Shown here piece after piece: positions 52,813 through 64,000 of a stretch of DNA of 64,000 bases. How positions within the stretch are numbered: position 1 is the stretch's first letter; each line of letters starts with the position of its first letter. Where the stretch lies: positions 1,984,929-2,048,928 of the forward strand of contig NC_057750.1 in the NCBI RefSeq assembly GCF_004010195.1, in the 5' to 3' direction. The position numbers and the translations under genes are program-made. Source of the stretch: Chiloscyllium plagiosum. Taxonomy: Eukaryota. The notes below the pieces were generated by a model. The model had not been told where the DNA came from. It did no database searches and saw only the letters and a list, made by a program, of their open reading frames with translations.

Positions 52813-53125
52813 GGGGTGGCTCAGTGGTTAGCACTGCTGCCTCACAGTACAAGGGTCCCAGGTTCAATTCCAGCCAAGGGCGACTGTCTGTGTGGAGTTT
52901 GCACATTCTCCCAGTGTCTGCGTGGGTTTTCTCTGGGTGCTCCGGTTTCCTCCCACAGTCCAAAGATATGCAGGTTAGGTGAATTGAACAGGCTAAATTA
53001 CCCAATGTGCTAGGTGCATTAGACAGAGGGAAATGGGTCTGGGTGGGTTACTCTTTGGAGGGTCGGTGTGGACTGGTTGGACTGAACGGCCTGCTTCTGC
53101 ACTGTAGGGAATCTAATCTAATCTA
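52813..53125 (+). mobile_element. HE1 SINE
   Basis: A box gtggctcagtggttagc, B box ggttcaattcc and an (AATCT)n tail. Confidence 0.9.
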
Positions 53126-53189
53126 AATTCATCTTCCATGTTACTCTTTCCCATCTGACTAGCCCAGTCAATATGCAGATTAAATTCCT

Positions 53190-55400
53190 ATAAGACCATA
53201 AGACATAGGAGCGGAAGTAAGGCCATTCGGCCCATCGAGTCCACTCTGCCATTCAATCATGGCTGATGGGCATTTCAACTCCACTTACCCGCATTCTCCC
53301 CGTAGCCCTTAATTCCTTGTGACATCAAGAATTTATCAATTTCTGCCTTGAAGACAAGTGTAGTGCCCTTCTTGCACGCTTCCATTGTTTCCTGATTAAT
53401 ACCTTGTCCTTCAGTGAGGCAGCTTTTTTAGGACCTATAAACAACTTCCACCCTTGGCTCCTTTCATAGTATCATGGAGACATATTACACAAAAACAGGC
53501 TCTTCGGTCTAACTCATCCATGCTGACCAGATATCCTAAATTAATCTAATCTCCTTTGCCAGCATTTGGCCCATATCCCTCTAAACTTTTCTTATTCTGA
53601 AACCCATCCTGATGCCTTTTAAATGTTATAATTGTACCAGCCTCCACACCTTCCTCTATACACAGCACCCTCTGTGTGAAAAAGCTGCCCCTTAGGTTCC
53701 TTTTAAATTTACCCCTCTCACCCTAAAACTATGCCCTCCAGTTCTGGACTTCCCCACCCCAGGAAAAAGACCTTGTCTATTTCCCCTATCTATTTCCCCT
53801 ATCCATGGTCCTCATGATTTTTATAAACCTCTATAACCCCTCAGCCTCCGACGCTCCATGGAAAACAGCCCCAGCCTATTCAGCCTCTTGCTATTCGTTG
53901 CTTCCACCAAATTGATACCACATCGCAATCTATTACACTGTATCTATAGTCACCAATGGTATCCTTAATTGAAAAATCTGCTCCAACTCCCTTTCTTTTT
54001 TCCCCTAATCTTGTGGAATGTTGATTATTCTTTAATGGTGAGTTCCCAGATTTGGTCACCCTCCAGCTATGTCTCTGGAATAGCTATCAAGTTGTATTGT
54101 CTTATTTCTATTCGTGTTGTCAGATCATCTATCTCGCTGCAAACCCTGCATGCGTTCAGGTAAAGAATTTTTAAGCTTTTACTTTTTACCATTATTAAAT
54201 ACTCGAGTTCTAATTTCTGCTCTACTCTTGTGTATATTTTCTATCCTTTCCTGACACACTTTCAATATAGAGTCATCCAGCATGGAAGCAGACCCTTCGG
54301 TCCAAACAGTCCATGCCAACCATGTTCCCACCTGCCTGCACTTGGCCCATATCCCTCCAAACCCCTCCTATTCATGGTCTTATTCAAATGTGTTTTAAAT
54401 GTTGTAACTATACCCACTTTTTCTGACAGTTCATTCCACTTGTGAAACCACTTGAATGTATGTTGCCTCTTGGTTAAACTGCACCTCTTCTTTCCTTTTA
54501 ATTTTTAACTTCCCTTCAATTCCCCACTGCTCACCAATTATTTTAAAGCCCTATCCACTTCCCTTTTCCTTTTAAAGTTTGCCAGGGCACTGATCCCAGC
54601 ATGGTGCCATTTCCCCATGAATTTGAACTCATTTCTTCTAAGATAATCTTTAAATCACACCTTCACTTCTAATCTGCATGCTAAATTGCATTTGGCTTTG
54701 GTAGTATTCTGGAATTTATTACCTTTGTGGTTCTGCTTTTTAATTTAGCCCTGAGCTGCTCATAATCGTCGAGGAGAAACTCTTTACTGGTCCTCCTTAT
54801 ACCTACATAGACGATGACAACTGTAGCCCTTCCGTCCCACTCTAAGTACCTCTCCAGCTAAAACGAGATGTCCTGAACCTTGGCACCATGTTAGACAACA
54901 CAGCCTTTGATACAATCCATACTTGCAGCAGAAAACGCTACCTAGTTCCAAAAAGTGCTCTGGAGGAAGGTGCCATGGTCAGTTCACTGATCCTGCTGCC
55001 TGGTCCCTCAGGACAAGAAGCAAAAAACTCATATCTTATTGGACAAAGTGCACTGGATGAGGGTCCCCCAAAGCTATATTTTGGATCTTCATACCTGCCT
55101 TACTTGCAGCCTCACCCTTCTTCCCTCCACATGCAAAATTTTATGAAACTAATCTGAGGTGTGTGTCTGCATCATGAAACATGATGTCACAGACCTCTTC
55201 TCCCCATGTGGTGCAGTACCTGGCAGTTCAGACTCCAGCTCAGCAATTGAGTTGAAGTTCCTCAAGCAGTTAACACTGGCTGCAGACATGGTCACTGGTA
55301 TCCACCAGCACTCACATACTACAGCTGCAAAACATTGCCTGCCCAGCCTTCTGAATAATTTGGTTGCTAAATATTTTAAAAGTGACATTATTAACTGTGC
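53190..55400 (-). mobile_element. Cluster of CR1 fragments (3' tails at ~53190-53355, 53470-53895 and 54265-54450, with older pieces between)
   Basis: Repeated CR1 3'UTR motifs such as ggcccatatccctc and aaagctgccccttagg. Confidence 0.7.
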
Positions 55401-55644
55401 TGCTCAGCTGCAGTAACATATCCTGATTTAAACTACCGTTCCAATGAGAGGAGACATGAAGAGAATACCCACCAGTCACCTAACTATTCTCCTGTAATAT
55501 TACGCTTCGGCTCTGACCAGCAGAAGCAGGTTGAAGAGGCTCCCTGCAGTCAGTTTTTACCTCCTCTCATCACTGTCGCCCTTATGAAGGTCATGAATGG
55601 AGTCAGCAGCTTCATTTTAAAAAAAGCAATGTTTCAGAAACACA

Positions 55645-56160
55645 TGGTCTCTCTGTCTGGGTCTCTCTGTCTGGGTCTCTCTCTCTGTGTTTGTGTCTCT
55701 CTCTCTGTGTGTTTGTGTGTCTCTGTGTGTTTGTGTGTCTCTCTGTCTGTCTACCTCTCTCTGTGTCTGTCTACCTCTCTCTGTGTCTGTCTACCTCTCT
55801 CTGTGTCTGTCTACCTCTCTCTGTGTCTGTCTACCTCTCTCTGTGTCTGTCTACCTCTCTCTGTGTCTGTCTACCTCTCTCTGTGTCTGTCTACCTCTCT
55901 CTGTGTCTGTCTACCTCTCTCTGTGTCTGTCTACCTCTCTCTGTGTCTGTCTACCTCTCTCTGTGTCTGTCTACCTCTCTCTGTGTCTGTCTACCTCTCT
56001 CTGTGTCTGTCTACCTCTCTCTGTGTCTGTCTACCTCTCTCTGTGTCTGTCTACCTCTCTCTGTGTCTGTCTACCTCTCTCTGTGTCTGTCTACCTCTCT
56101 CTGTGTCTGTCTCTCTCTCTCTCTGTCTCTCTCTCTCTGTCTGTCTCTCTCTCTCTCTGT
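55645..56160 (+). repeat. CT/GT microsatellite with about 18 copies of the 20-bp unit CTGTGTCTGTCTACCTCTCT (55741-56100)
   Basis: Seen directly in the sequence. Confidence 0.95.
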
Positions 56161-56504
56161 AATAGGCAGGTGCCTTGTCTCTTCGACCTGATGCTATGTA
56201 TCCTCACTGGGGCCCAGACTCGATGTTAAGAACTCCCAGGGCCACCTTCCCTTGACTGTCTGCCATTGTGCCACCAATTCTATGTCTGTCCTGCCAGTAG
56301 GACAGGAAATACTCAGGGTTGGTGATTACCATGTCTGGAGATAATATGTAAAATATGTTTGATCAGGTTGTTGCTTGATTTGTCTGTGGGGTAACTCTCC
56401 CAATTTAGTTTTGGCATAAGGCACTGAAGTTGGGAGGATTGAGCAGGGTTGACTTGGCTGGGTATACCATAGTTTAATTCCTTTGTAATGTAGAAGTTTT
56501 GGTA

Positions 56505-56910
56505 CAACTGAGTGCAGGAGTTGGGAGGTCATGTTGCGGCTGTACAGGACATTTTTAGGTCACTTTTGGAATACTGCATTCAATTCTGGTCTCCCTGCTT
56601 ACAAAGGATGCTGTGGAACTTGAAAGGGTTCAGAAAAGGTGAGAGGGGAAAGATTTAAAAAGGACCCCAGGGACAACTTTATCACACTGGTTGGTTTGTC
56701 TATGGAATGAGTTGCCAGAGGAAGTGGTGGAAACTGATACAATTGCAATATTTACAAGGCATCTGAATGGGTACATGAATAGGAAGGGTCTAGAGGGATA
56801 TGGGCCCAATGCTGGTAAATGGAACTAGATTAATTTAGGCTATCAGGTTGGCATGGACAAGTTGGACTGAAGAATCTGTTTCTCTGTTGTACAACTCTCT
56901 GATTCTCTAA
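56505..56910 (+). mobile_element. Internally deleted CR1 3' fragment
   Basis: gaatactgcattcaattctggtctccc followed by a CR1 3'UTR. Confidence 0.85.
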
Positions 56911-57094
56911 AAATGGCTAGTAAGCCACTTAGAGTGGTTAAGTATTACCTTATCTAGGTTTGTCCTAAACAGGACTTTGTATACCTGAAGCACGACTTCC
57001 GTCTCCTTGTATTCAAGCCTTTTGATAGTGAAGGACAACGTTCTATGAGGCTATTTGATTTGTTTTGATGTTCTTATTTATGTGAAGGAAGTGA

Positions 57095-57340
57095 CGACTG
57101 CAGATGCTCACGTTTGGTATGTTGCCTCCCAGGTGCAAGGGTACGTGATGTCTCTGATCGTGTTTTCCGGGTCCTGGAGGGGGAGGGGGAGCAACCCGAA
57201 GTCGTGGTCCACATTGGCACCAACGACATAGGTAGGAGGAGTGCTGAGGATGTTAGACAGGCTTTCAGGGAGCTAGGTTGGAAGCTCGGAGTTAGAACAA
57301 ACAGAGTTGTTGTCTCTGGTTTGTTACCCGTGCCACGACT
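57095..57340 (+). mobile_element. CR1 ORF1 (SGNH esterase-like) fragment
   Basis: VCCLPGARVRDV...VVVHIGTNDI...VVVSGLLPVPR. Confidence 0.9.
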
Positions 57341-60300
57341 GCTGTTCTCTATAATATGCACAGGGACTGCTGTTCTCTATAATATGCACAGGGACTGCTG
57401 TTCTCTATAATATGCACAGGGACTGCTGTTCTCTATAATATGCACAGGGACTGCTGTTCTCTATAATATGCACAGGGACTGCTGTTCTCTATAATATGCA
57501 CAGGGACTGCTGTTCTCTATAATATACACAGGGACTGCTGTTCTCTATAATATGCACAGGGACTGCTGTTCTCTATAATATGCACAGGGACTGCTGTTCT
57601 CTATAATATGCACAGGGACTGCTGTTCTCTATAATATGCACAGGGACTGCTGTTCTCTATAATATGCACAGGGACTGCTGTTCTCTATAATATGCACAGG
57701 GACTGCTGTTCTCTATAATATGCACAGGGACTGCTGTTCTCTATAATATGCACAGGGACTGCTGTTCTCTATAATATGCACAGGGACTGCTGTTCTCTAT
57801 AATATACACAGGGACTGCTGTTCTCTATAATATGCACAGGGACTGCTGTTCTCTATAATATGCACAGGGACTGCTGTTCTCTATAATATGCACAGGGACT
57901 GCTGTTCTCTATAATATGCACAGGGACTGCTGTTCTCTATAATATGCACAGGGACTGCTGTTCTCTATAATATGCACAGGGACTGCTGTTCTCTATAATA
58001 TGCACAGGGACTGCTGTTCTCTATAATATGCACAGGGACTGCTGTTCTCTATAATATGCACAGGGACTGCTGTTCTCTATAATATACACAGGGACTGCTG
58101 TTCTCTATAATATGCACAGGGACTGCTGTTCTCTATAATATGCACAGGGACTGCTGTTCTCTATAATATGCACAGGGACTGCTGTTCTCTATAATATGCA
58201 CAGGGACTGCTGTTCTCTATAATATGCACAGGGACTGCTGTTCTCTATAATATGCACAGGGACTGCTGTTCTCTATAATATGCACAGGGACTGCTGTTCT
58301 CTATAATATGCACAGGGACTGCTGTTCTCTATAATATGCACAGGGACTGCTGTTCTCTATAATATACACAGGGACTGCTGTTCTCTATAATATGCACAGG
58401 GACTGCTGTTCTCTATAATATGCACAGGGACTGCTGTTCTCTATAATATGCACAGGGACTGCTGTTCTCTATAATATGCACAGGGACTGCTGTTCTCTAT
58501 AATATGCACAGGGACTGCTGTTCTCTATAATATGCACAGGGACTGCTGTTCTCTATAATATGCACAGGGACTGCTGTTCTCTATAATATGCACAGGGACT
58601 GCTGTTCTCTATAATATGCACAGGGACTGCTGTTCTCTATAATATACACAGGGACTGCTGTTCTCTATAATATGCACAGGGACTGCTGTTCTCTATAATA
58701 TGCACAGGGACTGCTGTTCTCTATAATATGCACAGGGACTGCTGTTCTCTATAATATGCACAGGGACTGCTGTTCTCTATAATATGCACAGGGACTGCTG
58801 TTCTCTATAATATGCACAGGGACTGCTGTTCTCTATAATATGCACAGGGACTGCTGTTCTCTATAATATGCACAGGGACTGCTGTTCTCTATAATATGCA
58901 CAGGGACTGCTGTTCTCTATAATATACACAGGGACTGCTGTTCTCTATAATATGCACAGGGACTGCTGTTCTCTATAATATGCACAGGGACTGCTGTTCT
59001 CTATAATATGCACAGGGACTGCTGTTCTCTATAATATGCACAGGGACTGCTGTTCTCTATAATATGCACAGGGACTGCTGTTCTCTATAATATGCACAGG
59101 GACTGCTGTTCTCTATAATATGCACAGGGACTGCTGTTCTCTATAATATGCACAGGGACTGCTGTTCTCTATAATATGCACAGGGACTGCTGTTCTCTAT
59201 AATATACACAGGGACTGCTGTTCTCTATAATATGCACAGGGACTGCTGTTCTCTATAATATGCACAGGGACTGCTGTTCTCTATAATATGCACAGGGACT
59301 GCTGTTCTCTATAATATGCACAGGGACTGCTGTTCTCTATAATATGCACAGGGACTGCTGTTCTCTATAATATGCACAGGGACTGCTGTTCTCTATAATA
59401 TGCACAGGGACTGCTGTTCTCTATAATATGCACAGGGACTGCTGTTCTCTATAATATGCACAGGGACTGCTGTTCTCTATAATATACACAGGGACTGCTG
59501 TTCTCTATAATATGCACAGGGACTGCTGTTCTCTATAATATGCACAGGGACTGCTGTTCTCTATAATATGCACAGGGACTGCTGTTCTCTATAATATGCA
59601 CAGGGACTGCTGTTCTCTATAATATGCACAGGGACTGCTGTTCTCTATAATATGCACAGGGACTGCTGTTCTCTATAATATGCACAGGGACTGCTGTTCT
59701 CTATAATATGCACAGGGACTGCTGTTCTCTATAATATGCACAGGGACTGCTGTTCTCTATAATATACACAGGGACTGCTGTTCTCTATAATATGCACAGG
59801 GACTGCTGTTCTCTATAATATGCACAGGGACTGCTGTTCTCTATAATATGCACAGGGACTGCTGTTCTCTATAATATGCACAGGGACTGCTGTTCTCTAT
59901 AATATGCACAGGGACTGCTGTTCTCTATAATATGCACAGGGACTGCTGTTCTCTATAATATGCACAGGGACTGCTGTTCTCTATAATATGCACAGGGACT
60001 GCTGTTCTCTATAATATGCACAGGGACTGCTGTTCTCTATAATATACACAGGGACTGCTGTTCTCTATAATATGCACAGGGACTGCTGTTCTCTATAATA
60101 TGCACAGGGACTGCTGTTCTCTATAATATGCACAGGGACTGCTGTTCTCTATAATATGCACAGGGACTGCTGTTCTCTATAATATGCACAGGGACTGCTG
60201 TTCTCTATAATATGCACAGGGACTGCTGTTCTCTATAATATGCACAGGGACTGCTGTTCTCTATAATATGCACAGGGACTGCTGTTCTCTATAATATGCA

Positions 60301-60466
60301 CAGGGACTGCTGTTCTCTATAATATACACAGGGACTGCTGTTCTCTATAATATACACAGGGTCTGCTGTTCACTATAATATACACAGTGACTGCTGTTCA
60401 CTATAATAAACACAGGGACTGCTGTTCATTATAATACACACAGGGACTGCTGTTCACTATAATACA
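57337..60466 (+). repeat. 28-bp minisatellite CAGGGACTGCTGTTCTCTATAATATGCA (~112 units) with a 280-bp higher-order period
   Basis: A G>A variant unit recurs exactly every 280 bp from 57526 to 60326. The last ~4 units are diverged. Confidence 0.95.
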
Positions 60467-60811
60467 AGATGATTAGATGATTAGGGGGTTAGATAGGGTT
60501 GACAGTGTGGACCTTTTCCCGCGTATGGAGTCGGGTATTACAAGGGGTCATAGCTTTAAATTAAGGGGGGGTAGATATAGGACTGATGTTAGGGGTAGGT
60601 TCTTCACTCAGCGAGTCGTTAGTTCATGGAATGCCCTGCCAGTAACAGTGGTGGACTCTCCCTCTTTATGGGCATTTAAGAGGGCATTGGATAGGTATAT
60701 GGAGGATAGTGGGTTAGTGTAGTTTAGGTGGGCTTGGATCGGCGCAACATCGAGGGCCCAAGGGCCTGTACTGCGCTGTATTCTTCTATGTTCTATGTTC
60801 TATGTTCTATG
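60462..60811 (+). mobile_element. Young CR1 3' end with (TTCTATG)n tail
   Basis: MIRGLDRVDSVDLFPRMESGITRGHSFKL; CpGs are retained. Confidence 0.95.
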
Positions 60812-60950
60812 CTGGAGGTCAGAGTCGAGAGTGTGGTGCTGGAAAAGTACAGCAGGTTAGTCCTGATGAATCGCTTATGTCTGAAACAACAATTCTCCTG
60901 CTTCTCGGATGTTGCCTGACCTGCTGTGCTTTTCCAGTACTACAATCTCA
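60812..60950. mobile_element. Penelope pLTR fold-back at the CR1 tail
   Basis: gtgctggaaaagtacagcagg is inverted relative to cctgctgtgcttttccagtac, around a degenerate ctgatga...gaaac core. Confidence 0.75.
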
Positions 60951-61019
60951 ATTCTGTTCTTATTTATGCGTTCATCTTTTTACTGTCTTAAAAAGACCCT
61001 GCCTCATACCTAATTAGGT

Positions 61020-61620
61020 TCAAGGTGCAAGTTCTCAGATCTGCCTACTTTGGAATTCATTTATCTCTCATGCCCATTCACTTTATCAATATTTCTTTGT
61101 AAATTGTATGGTTCCATCTATACTTTCACAAAGAGTTTGTCATCAGCAAATTGGGATAAGTGATGTTATGTCCTGTTATCCAAATCATTAATGACTACAA
61201 CGGATAGTTAAGGTCCCGACACTGATCCTTCAGAAGCATTATTAGTCGGATTCTGTCCATTGAGCAACTGCCTTTATCCCTGCTCTATCCTGCCATTCAA
61301 CAACATTTACTGGTTAGGAAATTGGTTATCAGTTCTCTGAGCTACAGCCTTAGCCAGCTGGGAGACTTTATTGAATGCCTTTTGAAAGTCCATATAACTA
61401 ACATCCATTGACATTTGCCTGCCTACTACTTTAGTCAACTCTTCAAAAAAGAAATTCAACCAACTCAACGACACGATCTACACCTTACAAATCCATTCTA
61501 GCTCACTCTGATCTGAATTTTCGAGTTCAGTCAGACTGCCCTCAAATTCATTAGTTACAGACTTGAGCAGTTTTCTGAAAGCAGAGATTTGGTTAACTGT
61601 TTTATAATTCCTGGGTTTTC
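61020..61620 (-). mobile_element. Older CR1 RT fragment
   Basis: Minus-strand tttgctgatgacaaa (FADD) near 61140 and gactttcaaaaggcattc (DFQKAF). Confidence 0.75.
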
Positions 61621-61642
61621 TTCTCTCTTCTTCAATAGTAGA

Positions 61643-61941
61643 AAGGAGAAAGTGAGGACTACAGATGCTGGAAATCAGAGTTGAGAATGTGTTGCTGGAA
61701 AAGCACAGCAGGTTAGATCCTGATGAACGCTGCTGAAAATGTGTTGCTGGAAAAGCGCAGCAAGTCAGGCAGCATCCAGGGAACAGGAGAATCGACGTTT
61801 CGGGCATAAGCCCTTCTTCAGGAAGAAGAATCTGAAGATCCTGATGAACATTCCTGATGAAAAGCTTATGCCCGAAATGTCAATTCTCTTGCTCCTCAGA
61901 TGCTGCCTGACCAGCTGAGCTTTTCCAGCATCACGCACACG
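61643..61941. mobile_element. Penelope fold-back (14-bp TSD) containing a nested Penelope stub at 61729-61835 (14-bp TSD)
   Basis: Outer TSD tcttcaa(t/c)agtaga at 61629-61642 and 61942-61955; inner TSD agatcctgatgaac at 61715-61728 and 61836-61849. Confidence 0.85.
61791..61824 (-). ncRNA. Minimal hammerhead ribozyme motif with intact core
   Basis: The minus strand reads uuc-CUGAAGA-agggc-uuau-gccc-GAAA-cGUC-gau, identical to the copy at 36547-36580. Confidence 0.7.
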
Positions 61942-62289
61942 TCTTCAACAGTAGAGAGACGTGCAATTTTCCCATCTAAAGGAACTATTCCCAATTCAAG
62001 AGAACTCTGTAAGCACAGAGTTAGGAAACCAGCAATACTCTCACCTACTTCCTTTTAAAACCTTGGGATGCACGTTATCTGGTTCTGGGGATTCTTCTCT
62101 CTTTCATGCGTTTCATTTCCATACTGTTATTTTGCTGGTGTTAGTTTTGGTTTATCCCTGACTCTGATTTGATAATTACATTGTGAGTTTTACAACAATT
62201 GGCAGTAGTTTCGCCCTCACCATTAGGCTAGGCTTTTTCATTCCACGTTTTTATTGAATTCAGATTTTGAATTCTTAGACGTTTAAAGT

Positions 62290-62810
62290 ATTGCATTCAA
62301 TTCTGTTTGCCACATTGCAGGAAGGATGTGAAGGCTTTGGAGAAGGTGCAGTAGAGGTTTACCTGAATGCTGCCTGGATTAGAAGGAATGAGCTGTAAGG
62401 CGTGGCTAGACAAACATGGGCTGTTTTCTCTGGAGTTTGAATAGAAGTCTATAAAATGATGAGATACATAGATAGGGTTGACGATCAGAATCTTTTTCCC
62501 AGAGTTGAAATGTCTAATACTATGGGGCATGGATTTAAGGTGAGCGAGGGAAAGTTCAAAAGGAGATGTGAGGGGCAAGTCTTTTTCCTACAGAGAGTGG
62601 TAGGAGTCTGAAGCGTGCTGCCAGGGATGGTGATGGAGGCAGATACGATCAGGCCGGTTTAAGAGACTTTTAAATAAGCACATGGATATGCAAGGAATGG
62701 AGGGATGTGGACCAAGGGCAAGCAGAAGGGACTGGTTTAATTTGATGTCATGTTCGGCACAGCATGGTGGGCCGAAGGGCATGTTCATGTGCTGTACTGT
62801 TCTATGTTCA
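62290..62810 (+). mobile_element. CR1 3' fragment
   Basis: attgcattcaattctg...ggaaggatgtgaaggctttggagaagg, ending in the tail gtactgttctatgttc. Confidence 0.85.
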
Positions 62811-63159
62811 AGATTATCTTCAGAACATTAGTCTGAGGTCTTGATTACGAGTCCAGTGACATGACCACTACAGTACCTGCCGCCACTTCCTTGTACTTTG
62901 TGCTTATATGAAGAACGCACATTTGGGCCACACCACCTCACCTGTCTTCCTGCTGTAATGCACTGCTAGCATGTTTATTCCTCTTTCCCTGTTTAATTGC
63001 TCCATGCCTGTTGAATTTTCCGTTGCTTGTAATGCCTAAAAAATTATTTCTGGCTGCTTCTCTGCTCTCTTCCCATTTGCTTGTTGTTTTCTTTTGAGCT
63101 GTTGTGAAGATTATCTTTTTCCTACTAGGTCAGAAAATTGTAGGTTCAAGTTACAGTCT

Positions 63160-63565
63160 AGATAGAACATAGAAGAATACAGCGCAGTACAGGCCCTTTG
63201 GCCCTCGATGTTGCGCCGATCTCTCACTGTCGACCCTATCTAAACCCCTAATCATCTTGTACACCTCTGTCAAGTCACCCCTAAACCTTCTTTTCTCCAA
63301 TGAAAACAACCCCAGGTGCCTCAGCCTTTCCTCATACGATCTTTCTACCATACCAGGCAACATCCTGGTAATCCTCCTCTGCACCCGTTCCAGTGCCTCC
63401 ACATCTTTCCTATAGTATGGCGACCAAAACTGCACACAATACTCCAGATGCGGCCGCACCAGAGTCTTATACAACTGCAACATGACCTCAGTACTCCGGA
63501 ACTCAATTCCTCTACCAATAAAAGCCAGTACGCCATATGCCTCCTTCACCGCACTATTTACCTGC
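63160..63565 (-). mobile_element. Young, internally deleted CR1 3' fragment
   Basis: LYKTLVRPHLEYCVQFWSPYYRKDVEALERVQRR. Confidence 0.95.
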
Positions 63566-64000
63566 TTAAAGCCACAATCTAGGCTGAAACTGCAGCTCAG
63601 TACTGAGGGATTGCTTCAATGTCTGAAGTGCTGTCAATTGGATGCACTTCCACCCCTCTCCACTCCGCCCCACAGTGTAAATACTTGAGACACTTCTGAG
63701 AAATCCTCCCCTTACAATGTTAACACACTCCCTTACATTAACCCAACCCAAACCCCCCCCCCCCCCCATCCCGCTGCCTTGCTTTTCCCCTCCCTCTTGT
63801 ACTCTACCCTTGTAAACACTACTGGCACGCCCAGGGATTCCAGTGTATAAACATTGGATCTAACCAGCAGCTCACATGAGTACGGCAGCTGAGTGAATTC
63901 CTTTTTTAAGAATGGATGGGAGGAGAATGAAAAACATAATTGCGAAGTTTGATTGAAGGTTTGAGATTTAACCCTTTTACCGAGTCTAATTTAATCAGGG

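Noticed and set aside
52813..52875. tRNA-like sequence with A/B boxes (also ~22506, ~5880-5943 and ~46130-46190)
   Set aside because: These are HE1 SINE heads continuing into SINE bodies, not tRNA genes.
55584..56229. Three overlapping S/L/C/V-rich ORFs
   Set aside because: Translation of a microsatellite.
57337..60466. 28-bp repeats resembling CRISPR direct repeats in length
   Set aside because: The units are head-to-tail with no spacers, there are no cas genes, and the context is eukaryotic.

Overview
This is vertebrate nuclear DNA, most likely a shark or other elasmobranch, judged from HE1-type tRNA-derived SINEs and abundant CR1/HER1-type LINEs. The assembly has three N-gaps. No intact host protein-coding gene is recognisable, and the long ORFs come from transposon remnants, low-complexity sequence or N-runs. 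A CpG-island promoter (~8.55-9.13 kb) probably drives a minus-strand gene, with a GC-rich first exon ending at a strong donor and candidate non-coding downstream exons. The rest is largely nested repeats: degenerate CR1 LINEs (one 313-aa RT/C-terminal ORF is still open), an older LINE family, HE1 and Deu-type SINEs, Tigger/pogo elements, a Harbinger Myb/SANT remnant and two Penelope-like families with minimal hammerhead-ribozyme motifs. The most notable observations are: (i) many short (~95-300 bp) Penelope pLTR stubs or fold-backs with 12-16 bp target-site duplications and junctions at the hammerhead core; (ii) three local inverted duplications of 130-189 bp within ~21 kb, one with an internal 28-bp micro-inversion; (iii) an old direct duplication with a conserved splice donor whose two copies were both hit by Penelope-type insertions at essentially the same site; and (iv) a 28-bp minisatellite with an exact 280-bp higher-order period between two CR1 fragments, possibly an assembly artefact. 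All family assignments come from motif recognition by eye, not database searches.
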